This document shows positions 50,117 through 64,000 of a stretch of 64,000 nt of DNA, in pieces (position 1 is the first letter of the stretch; every line of letters starts with the position of its first letter). The notes under the pieces are model-generated. The model saw only the letters and a list, made by a program, of their open reading frames with translations. It made no database searches and was not told where the DNA came from. The stretch comes from Azolla caroliniana (Eukaryota > Plantae > Polypodiophyta), in contig JBHGNT010000010.1 of the NCBI GenBank assembly GCA_043228905.1, positions 12,586,001-12,650,000 of the forward strand, in the 5' to 3' direction. The position numbers and the translations under genes were made by a program.

Positions 50117-53100
50117 TTAAGTAGGTATCAAGAGAGAGAGAGAGAGAGAGAGAGAATGGCAGCATTCTCGAATTCCGGACATCAGGTGAAGATGCATGTG
50201 AGGAGGGAGGCCAAGACGAAATGCAACATCGCTTATATTACCAATGATCTCGTACGGGCAAAAGCGTTGGAAATATAATTTACTGCGAGGCATAGTGGTC
50301 TTGATGTTGTGTTATAGAAGCCATACACGATCCCCCACATAATTTTTTTTTGAGGAGTTTAGGTGATGACGGTGCGCAATCCTCTTGTACGTACTTTGAG
50401 CATCACGCAAATTGTGGAGAATGGTAGCGTAAATTTCTTGGACCCGACAGAGATGATACATGTAGTTGAGTTGGTTCGGATTGTTGGTTTTTACCCGAGA
50501 CGCCCGGGTTCAACTACAGGCATTGGAAACACTATATACATCATAGATCATAAATTAATGTGGCATCCATAAAAACCCTTGAACTTATTATTTTGGCATC
50601 GATACTCCTCAGTTGTTTGGTGATGCTTGCGAAATACATAAATATTATTTTGGCATCGATAAAAACCGGTGAACTTATTAAATCTTAAAACTGAGAGTGT
50701 CTTAGAATAATCCTCTGTTTCTTGTTGATGCTTGCACAATATATAAATATTATTTATCACTAATCAATGATTGCAATATTAAAAAGTGTACAAGATGTGA
50801 TCCATGGAAGCCTAGTTGGTTAGAATACTCGGCTCTCACACGAGAGACTCAGGTTTAACTCCCGGCAATGAAAACGACAATATCATATATTAAATTTCCG
50901 ACGCATATCATGTGTTAACTGTTTGATAACTCAAAAACTCAAGACGTAAAGTAGATGTTACAATAATGTACAATTAACAAAATAAGCAATATTATGTTTA
51001 AAGGATTGATAACGAACATTACTTTAAATTTTTTCTCCTAATATCAATTTCTAATCTTAATCCCATTATTCGATTAATGGTAGAGGTTTCGAATGAAATT
51101 GGACCAAACATTATGTTGTTCGGGACAACAAGAAGCAGTATGTTTAGTTGTGGTTATTCCTCAACATTGTTACGATAAATTAGTACACCAACAATTATAG
51201 TTTGGATCACTTGATATAATTTCAAACAATAGGCATAGATTGCAGAATAATGGTTAACTGTCGACAAGCATTGCACTATATTTCTTTATTTGTAGCAAAG
51301 CAGTAGAATAGCACATTAACAAATTTAATTACTAAATGAATTCCATTGTAATCAAGTTGCCTCGAATCGTTGATTCTTACTCGAAACACGCGGGTACAAG
51401 TATAGGCATAGGAAAAACTAGATACATTATATATCATGAGTTAATGTTGCATCGATAAAAAGCCGTGAAATTATTAAATCTTCAAAACGTGAGTGTGTTA
51501 GAATAATCCTCTGTTTCCTGTTGATGCTTGCGCAATATATAAATATTATTTATTAGTAATCAATGATTACAATATTAAAAAGTGTACAAGATGTGATCCA
51601 TTGAAGTCTAGTTGGTTAGAATATTCGGCTCTCACCCGAGAGACCCGAGTTCAACTCTCGGGAATAGAAAGGACAATATCATATATAAAATTTTGTGACG
51701 CATGTCATGTGTTAACTGTTTGATAACTCAAAAACTCAAGACGTAATGAGTTAAAATAATGTACAATTAGCCAAGTAATCAATATTATGTTTGAAGAATT
51801 GAGAAAGAACTTTACATTTAGGTTTTTCTGCTGACATCAATTTCTAAACTTAATCCCATTATTCAATTAATAGTAGAGGTTTCAAATGAAATTTGACAAA
51901 ACATTAGGTTGTTCGGGACAAGAAGAAGCAATATATTTAGTCGTGGTTATTTCTCAATATGGTTACGACAAATTCGTACACCGACAATTATAGTTTAGAT
52001 AACTTGATAAAACTTCCAAACATACACATAGATGTAGAATAATGGTGAACTCTCGATCAACATTGCACCATAGTTCTTTATTTCAAGCAAAGCAGTAGAA
52101 TATTACATTAACTAATTCATTTACTAAATGAATTCTATTGTCCCGGGTACAACCATAGGCATTGGTAAAACTAGATACATCATAGATCATGAGGTTATGT
52201 CTTATCGATAAAAACCCTTCAAATTATGAAATCTTAAAAACGAGAGTGTGTTAGAAAACTCCTCATTTTCTCGTTGATGCTTGCGCAATATATAAATATT
52301 ACGTATTACTAATCTATAATTGCAATATATCTGTATACAAGATAGGATCCATTGTAGTTTAGTTGGTTAGGATACTCGGCTTTCACCCGAGATCCCTGTG
52401 TTCAACTACCCGCAATGGAAACGACAATACCATATATTAAATTTCCGACGCATATCATTTGTTTACTGTTTGATAACTCAAATACTGAAGACCTAAAGTA
52501 GCTGTTACAATAATGTACAATTAACAAAACAATCAATATTATGTTTGAAGGATTGATGACAAACTTTAGTTTGATTTTTTTCTCCTAAAATAATTTTCTA
52601 AACTTATTCCCATTATTCGATTAATGGTAGAGGTTTCAAATGTCATGTGTTAAGTGTTCGATAACTGAAAAACTGATACAATTTCCAAAAATACGCATAG
52701 ATTGTCGAATAATGGTGAATTCTCGATGAGCATTGCACCATGTTTCTTTATTTGAAGTGAAGCACTAGAATATTACATTAACTAATTCATTTACTAAATG
52801 AATTCCATTGTACTCTAGTTGGTTCGGATCCATGATTTTTACACGAGATTCCCAGGTACATCAATTGGCATGGGAAAAACTAGATACATCATAGATCATG
52901 AGTTAATATCGCATCGATGGAAACCCTTGAAATTAATAAATCTTAAAACCGAGAGTGTGTTAGAATAATCCTCTGTTTCTCATTGATGCTTGCGCAATAT
53001 ATAAATATTATTTATTACTAATCAATGATTACAATATTGAAAAGTATACAAGATATAATCCATTGTAGCCTAGTTGGTTAGGATACTAGGATCTCACCCA

Positions 53101-56100
53101 AGACACCCGGGTTCAACACCCGACAATGGAAACGACAATATCATATATTAAATGTCCGAGGCATATCATGTGTTAATTATTTGATACGTCAAAAATTCAA
53201 GCTCTAAAGTAGTTGTTACAATAATGTACAATTAACAAAATAATCAATATTATGTTTGAAGGATTGATGATGAACATTGCTTTGATTTTTTTCTCGTAAC
53301 ATCAATTTCTAAACTTAATCCCATTATTCAAATAATAGTAGAGGTTTCAAATATAATTTGACAAAACATTATGTTGTTCGGGACAAGAAGAAGCAGTATA
53401 TTTAGTCGTGGTTATTCCTCAACATTATTACGACAAATTAGTACACCAAGAATTATAGTTAGGATAACTTGATACAATTTCCAAAAATACGCATAGATTG
53501 TCGAATAATGGTGAATTCTCGATGAGCATTGCACCATGTTTCTTTATTTGAAGTAAAGCACTCGAATATTACATTAACTAATTCATTTACTAAATTAACT
53601 CCATTATACTCTAATTGGTTCGGATTCATGATTTTTACACGAGACTCCCAGGTACATCAATTGGCATGGGAAAAACTAGGTACATCATATATCATGAGTT
53701 AATATCACATCGATGGAAAGCCTTGAAATTATTAAATCTTAAAACCGAGAGTGTGTTAGAATAATCCTCTGTTTCTCGTTGATGCTTGCGCAATATATAA
53801 ATATTATTTATTACTAATTAATGATTGCAATATTGAAAAGTACACAAGATATAATCAATTGTAGTCTAGTTGGTTAGGATACTAGGCTCTCACTCGAGAG
53901 ACCGGGGTTCAACACCCAACAATGGAAATGACAATATCCTATATTAAATTTCCGACGCATATCATGTTTTACTTGTTTGATAACTCAAAAACCCTAGATT
54001 GTGTTTGAAGGATTGATGACAAACTTTCCTCAATCAACATTGCAAAAATACGCATAGATTGTAGAATAATGGTCAATTCTCGATCAACATTGCAACATAT
54101 TTCTTTATTTGAAGCAAAGCACTAGAATATTACATTAAGTAATTCATTTACAATATTTCTTTATTTGAAGCAAAGCACTAGAATATTTCTTTATTTCATT
54201 GTAGCCTACTTGGTTCGGATCCTTGTTTTTTACACGAGACTCCCGGGTACAACAATAGGCATTGGAAAAACTAAATACATCATAGATCATGAGGTAATGT
54301 CGCATCGATAAAAACCCTTGAAATTATTTAATCTTAAAAGCAAGAGTGTGTTAGAATAATCCTCAGTTTCTCGTTGATGCTTGCGCAATATATAAATATT
54401 ATTTATTACTAATCTATGATTGCAATATTAAAATGTACACAAGATATAATCCATTGTAGTCTAGTTGGTTAGGATACTTGCCTCTCACCCGAGAGACCCG
54501 GGTTCAACTCCCGCAAATGGAAACGACAATATCATATATTAAATTTCCGACGAATATCATGTGTTAACTGTTTGATAACTCAAAAACTCAAGACCTAAAG
54601 TAGTTGTTACAATAATGTACAATTAACAAAATAATCAATCTTCTGTTTGGAGGATTGATGACGAACATAACATTAATTTTTTTCTTCTAACATCAATTTC
54701 TAAACTTAATCGCATTATTCAATTAATGGTAGAGCTTTCAAATGAAATTAGACAAAACATTATGTTGTTCGGGACAACAAGAAGAAGTATATTTGGTTGT
54801 GGTTATTCGTCAACATTGGTACGACAAATTAGTACACCAACAATTACAGTTTGGATAACTCGATACAATTTCAAACAATACGCATAGAATACAAAAGAAT
54901 GTTCAACTGTCGACAGGCATTGCACCATGTTTCTTTATTTGTAGCAAAGCACTAGAATAGTACATTGACTAATTTATTTTCTAAATGAATTCCATTGTAA
55001 TCAAGTTGTCTGGAATCGTTAATTTCTACTCGAAACGTGCGGGGACAAGTACAGGCATACGAAAAACTAAATACATTATATATCATGAGTTAATGTGGCA
55101 TAGATAAAAACCCGTGAAATTAATAAATCTTAAAAACGAGAGTGTGTTAGAATAATCCTCTGTTTCTTGTTGATACTTGTGCAATATATACATATTATTT
55201 ACTACTAATGAATGATTGCAATATTAAAAAGTGTACAAGATGAATACTTGGCTCTCACCCAAGAGACCCGTGTTCAACTCCTGGGAATAGAAAGGACAAT
55301 ATCATATATAAGAGTTTGTGACGTATGTCATGTGTTTGATCAGTCAATAAATCAAGACGTAAAGTAGTTACAATGATGTACAATTAACAAAATAATTAAT
55401 ATTATATTTGAAGGATTGATGACGAACTTTGCTTTCATTTTTTTCTCCTAACATCCATTTCTAAACTTAATCGCATTATTCAATTAATAGTAGACGTTTC
55501 AAATGAAATTTGACAAAATATTATGTTGTTCGGGAAAAGAAGAAGCAATATATTTAGTCGTGGTTATTTCTCAACATGGTTACAACAAATTAGTACACTG
55601 ACAATTATAGTTTGCATAACTTGATAGAATTTCCAAAAATACGCATAGATTGTAGAATAATGGTGAACTCTCGATCAACATTGCACCATATTTCTTTATT
55701 TGAACCAAAGCACTAGAATATTACATTTACTAAATAAATTCCATTGTAGTCTCTTTGGTTCGGATTCATGTTTTTTTACGCATAGATTGCAGAATAATGG
55801 TCAATTGTCGAGAGACACGGGTTCAACTCTCACCAATAGAAAAGAAAATATCATACATCATATTTCGCGACGCATGTCAAGTGTTAAGTGTTCGATAACT
55901 CAAAAACTGAAGACCTAACATTATTTCTGTTTGGGATAACAAGATGCAGTATATTTAGTTCTGGTTATTCCACAACTTTGTTACGAAAAGTTAGTACACC
56001 AACAAATTATAGTTTGGATAACTCGATACAATTTCAAACGATACGCATAGATTGCAAAATAATAGTCAACTGTCGATGAGCATTGCACCATGTTTCTTTA

Positions 56101-59100
56101 CTTGTAACAAACGACTAGAATGGTACATTAACTAATTCATTTACTAAATGAATTCCATTGTAATCAAGTTGCCTCGTATCCTTGCTTTTTACTTGAGACG
56201 CCCTGGTACAATTAGATATGTCGGATATCATGAGTTAATGTGGAATCTATCAAAACCGTTGAAATTATTAAATCTTAAAAACGAGAGTATGGTAGAATAA
56301 ACCTCAGTTTTTCGTTGATGCTTGCGCAAAATATAAATATTATTTATTTCTAATCAATGATTGCAACATTATGTTGTTCGGGACAACAAGAAGCAGTATA
56401 TTTAGTTGTGGTTATTCCTCAACATTGTTACAAGAAATTAGTACACCAATAATTATAGTTTGGATAACTTGATAGAATTTCAAACAATACGCATAGATTG
56501 CAAAATAATGGTCAACTCTCGACAAGCATGTTTCTTTATTTGTAGCGAAGCACTAGAATACTACATTAACTAATTCATTTAGTCAATGAATTCCATTGTA
56601 ATCAACTTGCCTCGCATCATTGATTTTTCCCCGAGATGCGCGGGTACAAGCACATGCATAGGAAAAACTAGATACATCATAGATTATGAGTTAATTTGGC
56701 ATTGATAAAAACCCGTGAAATTATTAAATCTTAAAAATGAGAGTGTGTTAGAATAATCTTCTGTTTCTCGTTGATGCGTGCGCAATATAGAAATAGTATT
56801 TATTACTAATCAATGATTACACTATTAAAAAGGGCACAAGATGTGATACAGTGTAGTGTAGTTGGTTAGGATACTCGGCTCTCACCCGAGAGACTCGGGT
56901 TTAATTCCCGGAAATGGAAACGACAATATCATATATTAAACTTCCGACGCATATCATGTGTTAATTGTTTGATAACTCAAAAACGCAAGACCTAAAGTAG
57001 GTGTTACAATAATGTACAATTAACAAAATAATCAATATTATGTTTGAAGGATTGAGAAAGAACTTTACTTTGATATTTCTCTCCTAAGATCAATTTCTAA
57101 ACTTAATCCCAGTATTCGATTAATGGTAGAGGTTTTAATTGAAATTGGACAAAACATTATGTTGTTCGGGACAACAAGAAGCAGTATATTTGGTTGTGGT
57201 TATTCGTCAACATGGTTACGACAAATTAGTACACCAACAATTATAGTTTGGATAACTAGATACAATTTCAAACAATACGCATCGATTGTAGAATAATGGT
57301 CAACTATCGATGACTATTGCACCATGTTTCTTTATTTGTAACAAAGTACTAGAAATGTAAATTCACTAATTCATTTACTAAATGAATTCCATTATTTTCA
57401 AATTGCCTCGGATCTTTGCTTTTTACATGGAACGCCCGAGTAGAAGTAGATATACCATATATCATGAGTAAATGTGGCATCGATAAAAACTCTTGAAATT
57501 GTTAAATCCTAAAAACGAGAGTGTGTTATAATAATCATCCGTTTTTCGTCGATGCTTGCACAATATATAAATATTATTTATTCCTAAACAATGATTGCAA
57601 TATTAAAAAGTGCACAAGATGTGATCCATTGTAGTCTAGCTGGTTGGAATACTCGGCTCTCAGACGAGAGACCCGGGTTCACCTCCCGGGAATAGAAAGG
57701 ACAATATCATGTATCAAATTTTGCGAGGCATGTCATGTGTTAACAGTTTGATAACTCAAAAACTCAAGACCTAAAGTAGTTACAATAATGTTTAATTAAC
57801 CAAATAATCAATATTATGTTTGAATGATCGATAAAGAACTTTGCTTTGATTTTTTTCTCCTAGCATCCATTTCTAAGCTTAATCCCATGATTCAATTAAT
57901 AGTAGAGGTTTCAAATATAATTTGACAAAACATTATGTTGTTCGGGACAACAAGAAGTAGTATATTTAGTTGTGGTTATATCCTCAACATTGTTACAATA
58001 AATTAGTACACCAACAATTGTTGTTTGGATAATTCGACAGAATTTCAAACAATACACATAGATTGCAAAATAATGGTCAATTGTCGATGAGTATTGCACC
58101 ATGTTTCTTTATTTCTAACAAAGGACTAAAATGGTACATTAACTAATTCATTTACTAAATTAATTCCATTTTAATCAAGTTGACTCGGATCCTTGCTTTT
58201 TACCTGAGACGCCCGGGTACAAGTAGATATATCCCATATCATGAGTTAATATGGCATCGATAAAAATCCTTGAAATTATTAAATCTTAAAAACGAGAGTG
58301 TGTTAAAATAATCGTCAGTTTTTCGTTGATGCTTATGCAATATATAAATATTATTTATTTCTAATCAATGATAGAAAGATTAAAAAGCACAAAATATGTG
58401 ATCCATGATAGTCTAGTTGGCTAGGATACTCGGATTTCACCTGAGAGACCCGGGTTCAACTCTCGACAATGGAAACGACACTATCATATATTAAATTTCC
58501 GACGCATATCAGGTGTTAACTGTTTGATAACTCAAAAACTCAAGTCGTAAAGTAGGTGTTACAATAATGTACAATTAACAAAATAATCAATATTATGTTT
58601 GAACGATTGATGACAAACTTTACGTTGATTTTCTTCTCCTAACATCAATTTCTAAACTTAATTCCATTATTCGATTAATGGTAGAGGTTTCAAATGAAAT
58701 TGGAGAAAATATTATGTTGTTCGGGACAACAACAAGAAGTATATTTAGTTGTGGTTATTCCTCAACATTGTTACGATAAATTAGTACACCAACATTTATA
58801 GTTTAGATAACTTGATTCAATTTCAAACAATACGCATAGATTGCAGAATAATATTCAACTGTCGACAAGCATTGTACCATTTTTCTTTATTTGTAGCATA
58901 GCACTAGAATAGTACATTTACTAACTCATTTACTAAATGAATTCCATTGTAATCAAGATGCCTCGAATTGTTGATTTTTACCCGAGACGCGTGGGTACAA
59001 GTACAGGCATACGAAAAACTAGATACATCATAGCTCATGGGTTAGTTTGGCATCGATAAAAACCGGTGAACTTATTAAATCTTAAAAACGGGAGTGTGAT

Positions 59101-59197
59101 AGAATAATCCTCTGTTCCTCGTTGATGCTTGCGCAATATATAAATAATATTTATTACTAATCAATGATTACAATATTAAAATGCATAGAAGATCTGA

Positions 59198-59270
59198 TCC
59201 AGTGTAGTCTAGTTGGTTAGGATACTCGGCTCTCACCCGAGAGACCCGGGTTCAATTCCCGGTAATGGAA
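59198..59270 (+). tRNA. trnE-CTC: tRNA-Glu(CTC), near-intact
   Basis: Perfect anticodon and T arms; one acceptor mismatch and one G-U. Confidence 0.6.
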
Positions 59271-61245
59271 ACGACAATATCATATATTAAACTTCCGACG
59301 CATATCATGTGTTAACCGTTTGATAACTCAAGACCTAAAGTAGTTAGAATAATATACAATTAACAAAATAATCAATCTTATGTTTGAAGGATTGACGACG
59401 AACTTTGCTTTGATTTTTTTCTCAAAACATCAATTTCTAAACTTAATCCCATTATTCAATTAATAGTATAGGTTTCAAATGAGATTTGACAAAACATTAT
59501 GTTGTTCGGGACAAGAAGAAGCAATATATTTAGTCGTGGTTATTCCTCAACATTGTTACGACAAATTAGTACACCAACAATTATAGTTTGGATAACTTGA
59601 TACAATTTGCAAAAATACGCATTGATTGTCGAATAATGGTGAATTCCCGATGAGCATTGCACAATGTTTCTTTATTTGAAGTAAAGCACTAAAATATTAC
59701 ATTCACTAATTCATTTACTAAATGAATTCATTTACTAGTTGGTTCGGATCCTTGTTTTTTAAACGAGACTCCCTGGTACAACAACTCACATGGGAAAAAC
59801 TAGATACATCATAGATCATGAGGTAATATCGCATCGATAAAAACTAAAAACGAGAGTGTGTTAGAATAATCCTCGGTTTCTCATTGATATTATTTATTAC
59901 TAATCAATGACTGAAAAATTAAAAAGTACACAAGATATGATCCATTGTAGTCTAGTTGGTTAGTATAGTCGCCTTTCACCCGAGAGACCCGTGTTCAACT
60001 CCCGGCAATGGAAACGACAATATCATATATTAAATTTTCGACGCATATCATCTGTTAACTGTTTGATAACTCAAAAACTCAAGACCTAAAGTAGGTGTTC
60101 CAATAATGTACAATTAACAAAATAATCAATAAATTGAATTTCTAAACTTACTCCCATTATTTGATTAATGGTAGAGGTTTCGCATGAAATTGGACAAAAC
60201 ATTATGTTGTTCGAGACAACAAAAAGATGTATATTTGGTTGTGGTTGTTCATCAATATTGGTATGACAAATTAGTACACGAACAATTATAGTTTGGATAA
60301 CTCGATACAATTTCAAACAATATGCATAGATTGCAGAATAATGGTCAACTGTCGATGAGGATTGCCAAATGAATTCCATTGTAATCAAGTTGCCTCGAAT
60401 CTTTGATTCTTACTCGAAACGCAATAGAAAAAACTAGATACATTATATATAATGAGTTACTGTGGCATCGATAAAAATCCGTGAAATTATTAAATCTTAA
60501 AAACGACAGTGTGTTAGAACAATCCTCAGTTTTTCATTGATGCTTAAGCAATATATAAATATTATTTATTACCAATCAATGATTGCAATATGAAAAAGTG
60601 CACAAGATGTGATCCATTGAAGTCTAGTTGGTTAGAATACTCGGTTCTCACCCGAGATACTCGTGCTCAACTCCTGGCAGTAGAAAGGACAATATCATAT
60701 ATATAATTTTGCGACGCATTTCATGTGTTAACTGTTTAATAACTCAAAAACTCAAGACATAAAGTAGCTGTTACAATAATGTAAAATTAACAAAATAATC
60801 AATATTATGTTTGAAGGATTGATGACAAACTTTCCTTTGGTTTTTATAGTTTGGATAACTTGATAGAATTTCCAAACATACACATTGATAGTAGAATAAT
60901 GTTGAACTCTCGATCAACATTGCACCATAGTTTTTTATTTGAAGAAAAGCACTAGAATATTACATTGACCAATTCATTTACTAAATGAATTCTATGGTAG
61001 TCTAGTTGGTTCGGATCCTTGTTTTTTACACGAGACTCCCGGGTACAACAATAGGCATTGGAAAAACTAGATACGTCATAGATCATGAGCTAATGTCGCA
61101 TAGATAAAAACCCTTGAAATTATTTAATCTTAAAAACGAGAGTGTGAGAGAATAATCCTCAGTTTCTCGTTGATACCTGCTCAATATATAAATATTATTT
61201 ATTAGTAATCTATGATTGCAATATTAAGAAGTACAGAAGATAGGA

Positions 61246-61318
61246 TCCATTGTAGTCTAGTTGGTTAGGATACTTGGCTTTCACCCGAGAGACCTGGGTT
61301 CAACTCCCGGCAATGGAA
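61246..61318 (+). tRNA. trnE-TTC: tRNA-Glu(TTC), foldable with two G-U pairs
   Basis: Acceptor perfect; CTTGG/CCGAG and CTGGG/CCCGG stems. Confidence 0.7.
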
Positions 61319-63640
61319 CTGATTATATCATATATTAAATTTCCGACTCATAGCATGTGTTAACGGTTTGATAACTCAAAAACTCAAGACCCAAAGTAGA
61401 TGTTACAATAATGTACAGTTAACAAAATAATCAATGTTATGTTTGAAGGTTTGATGACGAACTTTCCTTTCATTTTTTTCTCCTAACATCAATTTCTAAA
61501 CTTAATCCCAATATTCAATTAATAGTGGATGTTTCAAATGAAATTTGACAAAACATTATGTTGTTCGGGACAAGAATAAGAAATATATTTAGTTGTGCAT
61601 ATTTCTCAACATGGTTACGACAAATTAGTACACCGACAATTATAGTTTGGATAACTGGATAGAATTTCCAAAAATACGCATAGATTGTAGAATAATGGTG
61701 AACTCTCGATTAACATTGCACCATATTTCTTTATTTGAAGCAAAGCACATGAATATTACATTAACTAATTCACTTACTAAATGAATTCCATTGTAGTCTA
61801 GTTGGTTCAGATCCTTGTTTTTTACATGAGACTCCCGGCTAGAACATTATGGTTATTCCTGAACATTGTTATAACAAATTACTACACCAACAATTATAGT
61901 TTGGATCACTTGATACATAGATTGTAGAATAATGGTCAATTGTCGATGACTATTCGACTATGTTTCTTGATTTGTAACAAAGGACTACAATGGTACATTA
62001 ACTAATTCATTAACAAAGGACTAGAATGATACATTATAATCTAGTTGCCTCGGATCCTTACTTTTTACCTGGGACACCCGACTACAAGTAGATATATCAT
62101 ATATCACGAGTTAATGTGGCATCGATAAAAACCCTTGAAATTATCAAATCCTTAAAACGATAGTGTGTTAGAATAACCCTCAGTTTGTCATTGATACTTG
62201 CGCAATATATAAATATTATTTGTTTCTAATCAATGAGTGCAATATAAAAAACCACACAAGATGTGATCCATTGTAGTCTAGTTGGTTAGGATACTTAGCT
62301 TTCACCCGAGAGACCCGGGTTTAACTCCCGGCAATGGAAACGACAATATCATATATAAAATTTTCGACGTATATCATATGTTAATTGTTTGATAACTCAA
62401 ATAGTTAAGCTCTAAAGTAGTTGTTAGAATAATGTACAATTAACAAAATAATCAACATTATGTTTGAAGGATTGATGACGAACCTTGCATTGATTTGTTT
62501 CTCCTAACATCAATTTCTAAACTTAATCTCATTATTCAATTAATAGTATAGGTTTCAAATGAGATTTGACAAAACATTATGTTGTTCGCGACAACAGGAA
62601 GCAGTATATTTAGTCGTGGTTATTCCTCAACATTGTTACGATAAATTAGTACACCAAGAATTATAATTTGGATAACTTGATACAATTTCTAAAAGTACAC
62701 ATAGATTGTCGAATAATGGTGAATTCATGAGCATTGCAGCATGTTTCTTTATTTGATCGAAAGCACATGAATATTACATTAACTAATTCATTTACTAAAT
62801 GAATTCCATTCTACTCTAGTTCGTTTGAACAATAACCATTGGAAAAACTAGATACATCATAGATCATGAGGTAATGTCGCATCGATAACAACCCTTCAAA
62901 TTATTAAATCTTAAAAATGAGAGTGTGTTAGAATAATACTAAGTCTCTCGTTGATGCTTTCCCAATATATAAATATTACATATTACTAATCTACGATTGC
63001 AATATATCTATACACAAGATAGGATCCATTGAAGTTTGGTTGGTTAGATTACTCGGCTCTCACCCGAGAGACTCGGGTTCAACTCCCGGCAATGAAAACG
63101 ACAATATCATATACTAAATTTCCCACGCATATCTTGTGTTAATTATTTGATAACTAAAAAACTCAAGACCTAAAAAGTCAAATTAACAAAATAATCAATA
63201 TTATGTTTGAAGGATTGATAACAGACTTTCGTTTGGTTTTATAGTTTGGATAACTTGATAGAATTTCCAAACATACGCATAGATTGTAGAGTAATGTTGA
63301 ACTCTCGATCAACATTGCACCATAGTTCTTTATTTGAAGAAAAGCACTAGAATATTAAATTAACTAATTCATTTACTAAATGAATTCTATTGTAGTCTAG
63401 TTGGTTCGGATCCTTGTTTTTTACACGAGACTCCCGGGTACAACAATAGGCATTGGAAAAAATAGAGACATCATGGATCATGCGGTAATGTCGCATCGAT
63501 AAAAACCCTTGAAATTATTTAATCTTAAAAACCAGAGTGTGTTAGAATAATCCTCAGTTTCCCATTGATGCTTGCGCAATATATAAATATTATTTATTAC
63601 TAATCTATGATTGCAATATGAAGAAGTACACAAGATAGGA

Positions 63641-63713
63641 TCCATTGTAGTCTAGTTGGTTAGGATACTTGGCTTTCACCGGAGAGACCCGGGTTCAACT
63701 CCCGGCAATGGAA
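63641..63713 (+). tRNA. trnE-TTC: tRNA-Glu(TTC), anticodon-stem mismatch
   Basis: Acceptor and T arm perfect; A and B boxes intact. Confidence 0.55.
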
Positions 63714-64000
63714 ATGATCATATCATATATTACATTTCTGACTCATAGCATGTCTTAACGCTTTGATAAGTCAAAAACTCAGGACCTAAAGTAGATGTTG
63801 GAATAATGTACAATTAACAAAATAATCAATATTATGTTTGAACGATTGATGACGAACTTTGCTTGAATTTTTTCTCCTAACATCAATTTCTAAGCTTAAT
63901 CCCAATATTCAATTAATAGTAGAGGTTCGAAATGAAATTTGACAACAATTATAGTTTAGATAAGTTGATACAATTTCAAACAATATGCATAGATGGTAGA

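Larger units (their letters stand above)
50469..64000 (+). repeat. tRNA-Glu-containing tandem satellite, block 4 (runs off the window)
   Basis: Same monomer; shares diagnostic indels with blocks 1 and 2. Confidence 0.97.

Overview
Eukaryotic, gene-free repetitive DNA, most likely heterochromatin of a non-seed land plant. That assignment is inferred from the plant-type tRNA-Glu body, Tcn1-like chromoviruses and AAACCCT motifs. About 44 kb is a head-to-tail ~0.6-0.7 kb satellite. Each monomer carries a tRNA-Glu gene or pseudogene (about 60 copies by manual count, CTC and TTC anticodons) plus a second, older decayed tRNA-Glu copy. The satellite shows multi-kb higher-order duplications. Insertions in it are: (i) two related decayed Ty3/Gypsy chromoviruses (1-5335 +; 40299-46251 -, 5-bp TSD) with a Tf1-like self-priming PBS, a -1 frameshift signal and tRNA-like Pol III A/B boxes at the outer end of their LTRs; (ii) an endonuclease-less Penelope-like element (from ~39545), split by the second chromovirus, with a TATA + type I hammerhead ribozyme module downstream; (iii) a 648-bp solo LTR with TSD; (iv) a Copia gag-protease remnant and a short LTR lying next to the Penelope tail, present twice. 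No intact host protein-coding gene is visible. Coordinates were counted by hand and may be off by a few bases.
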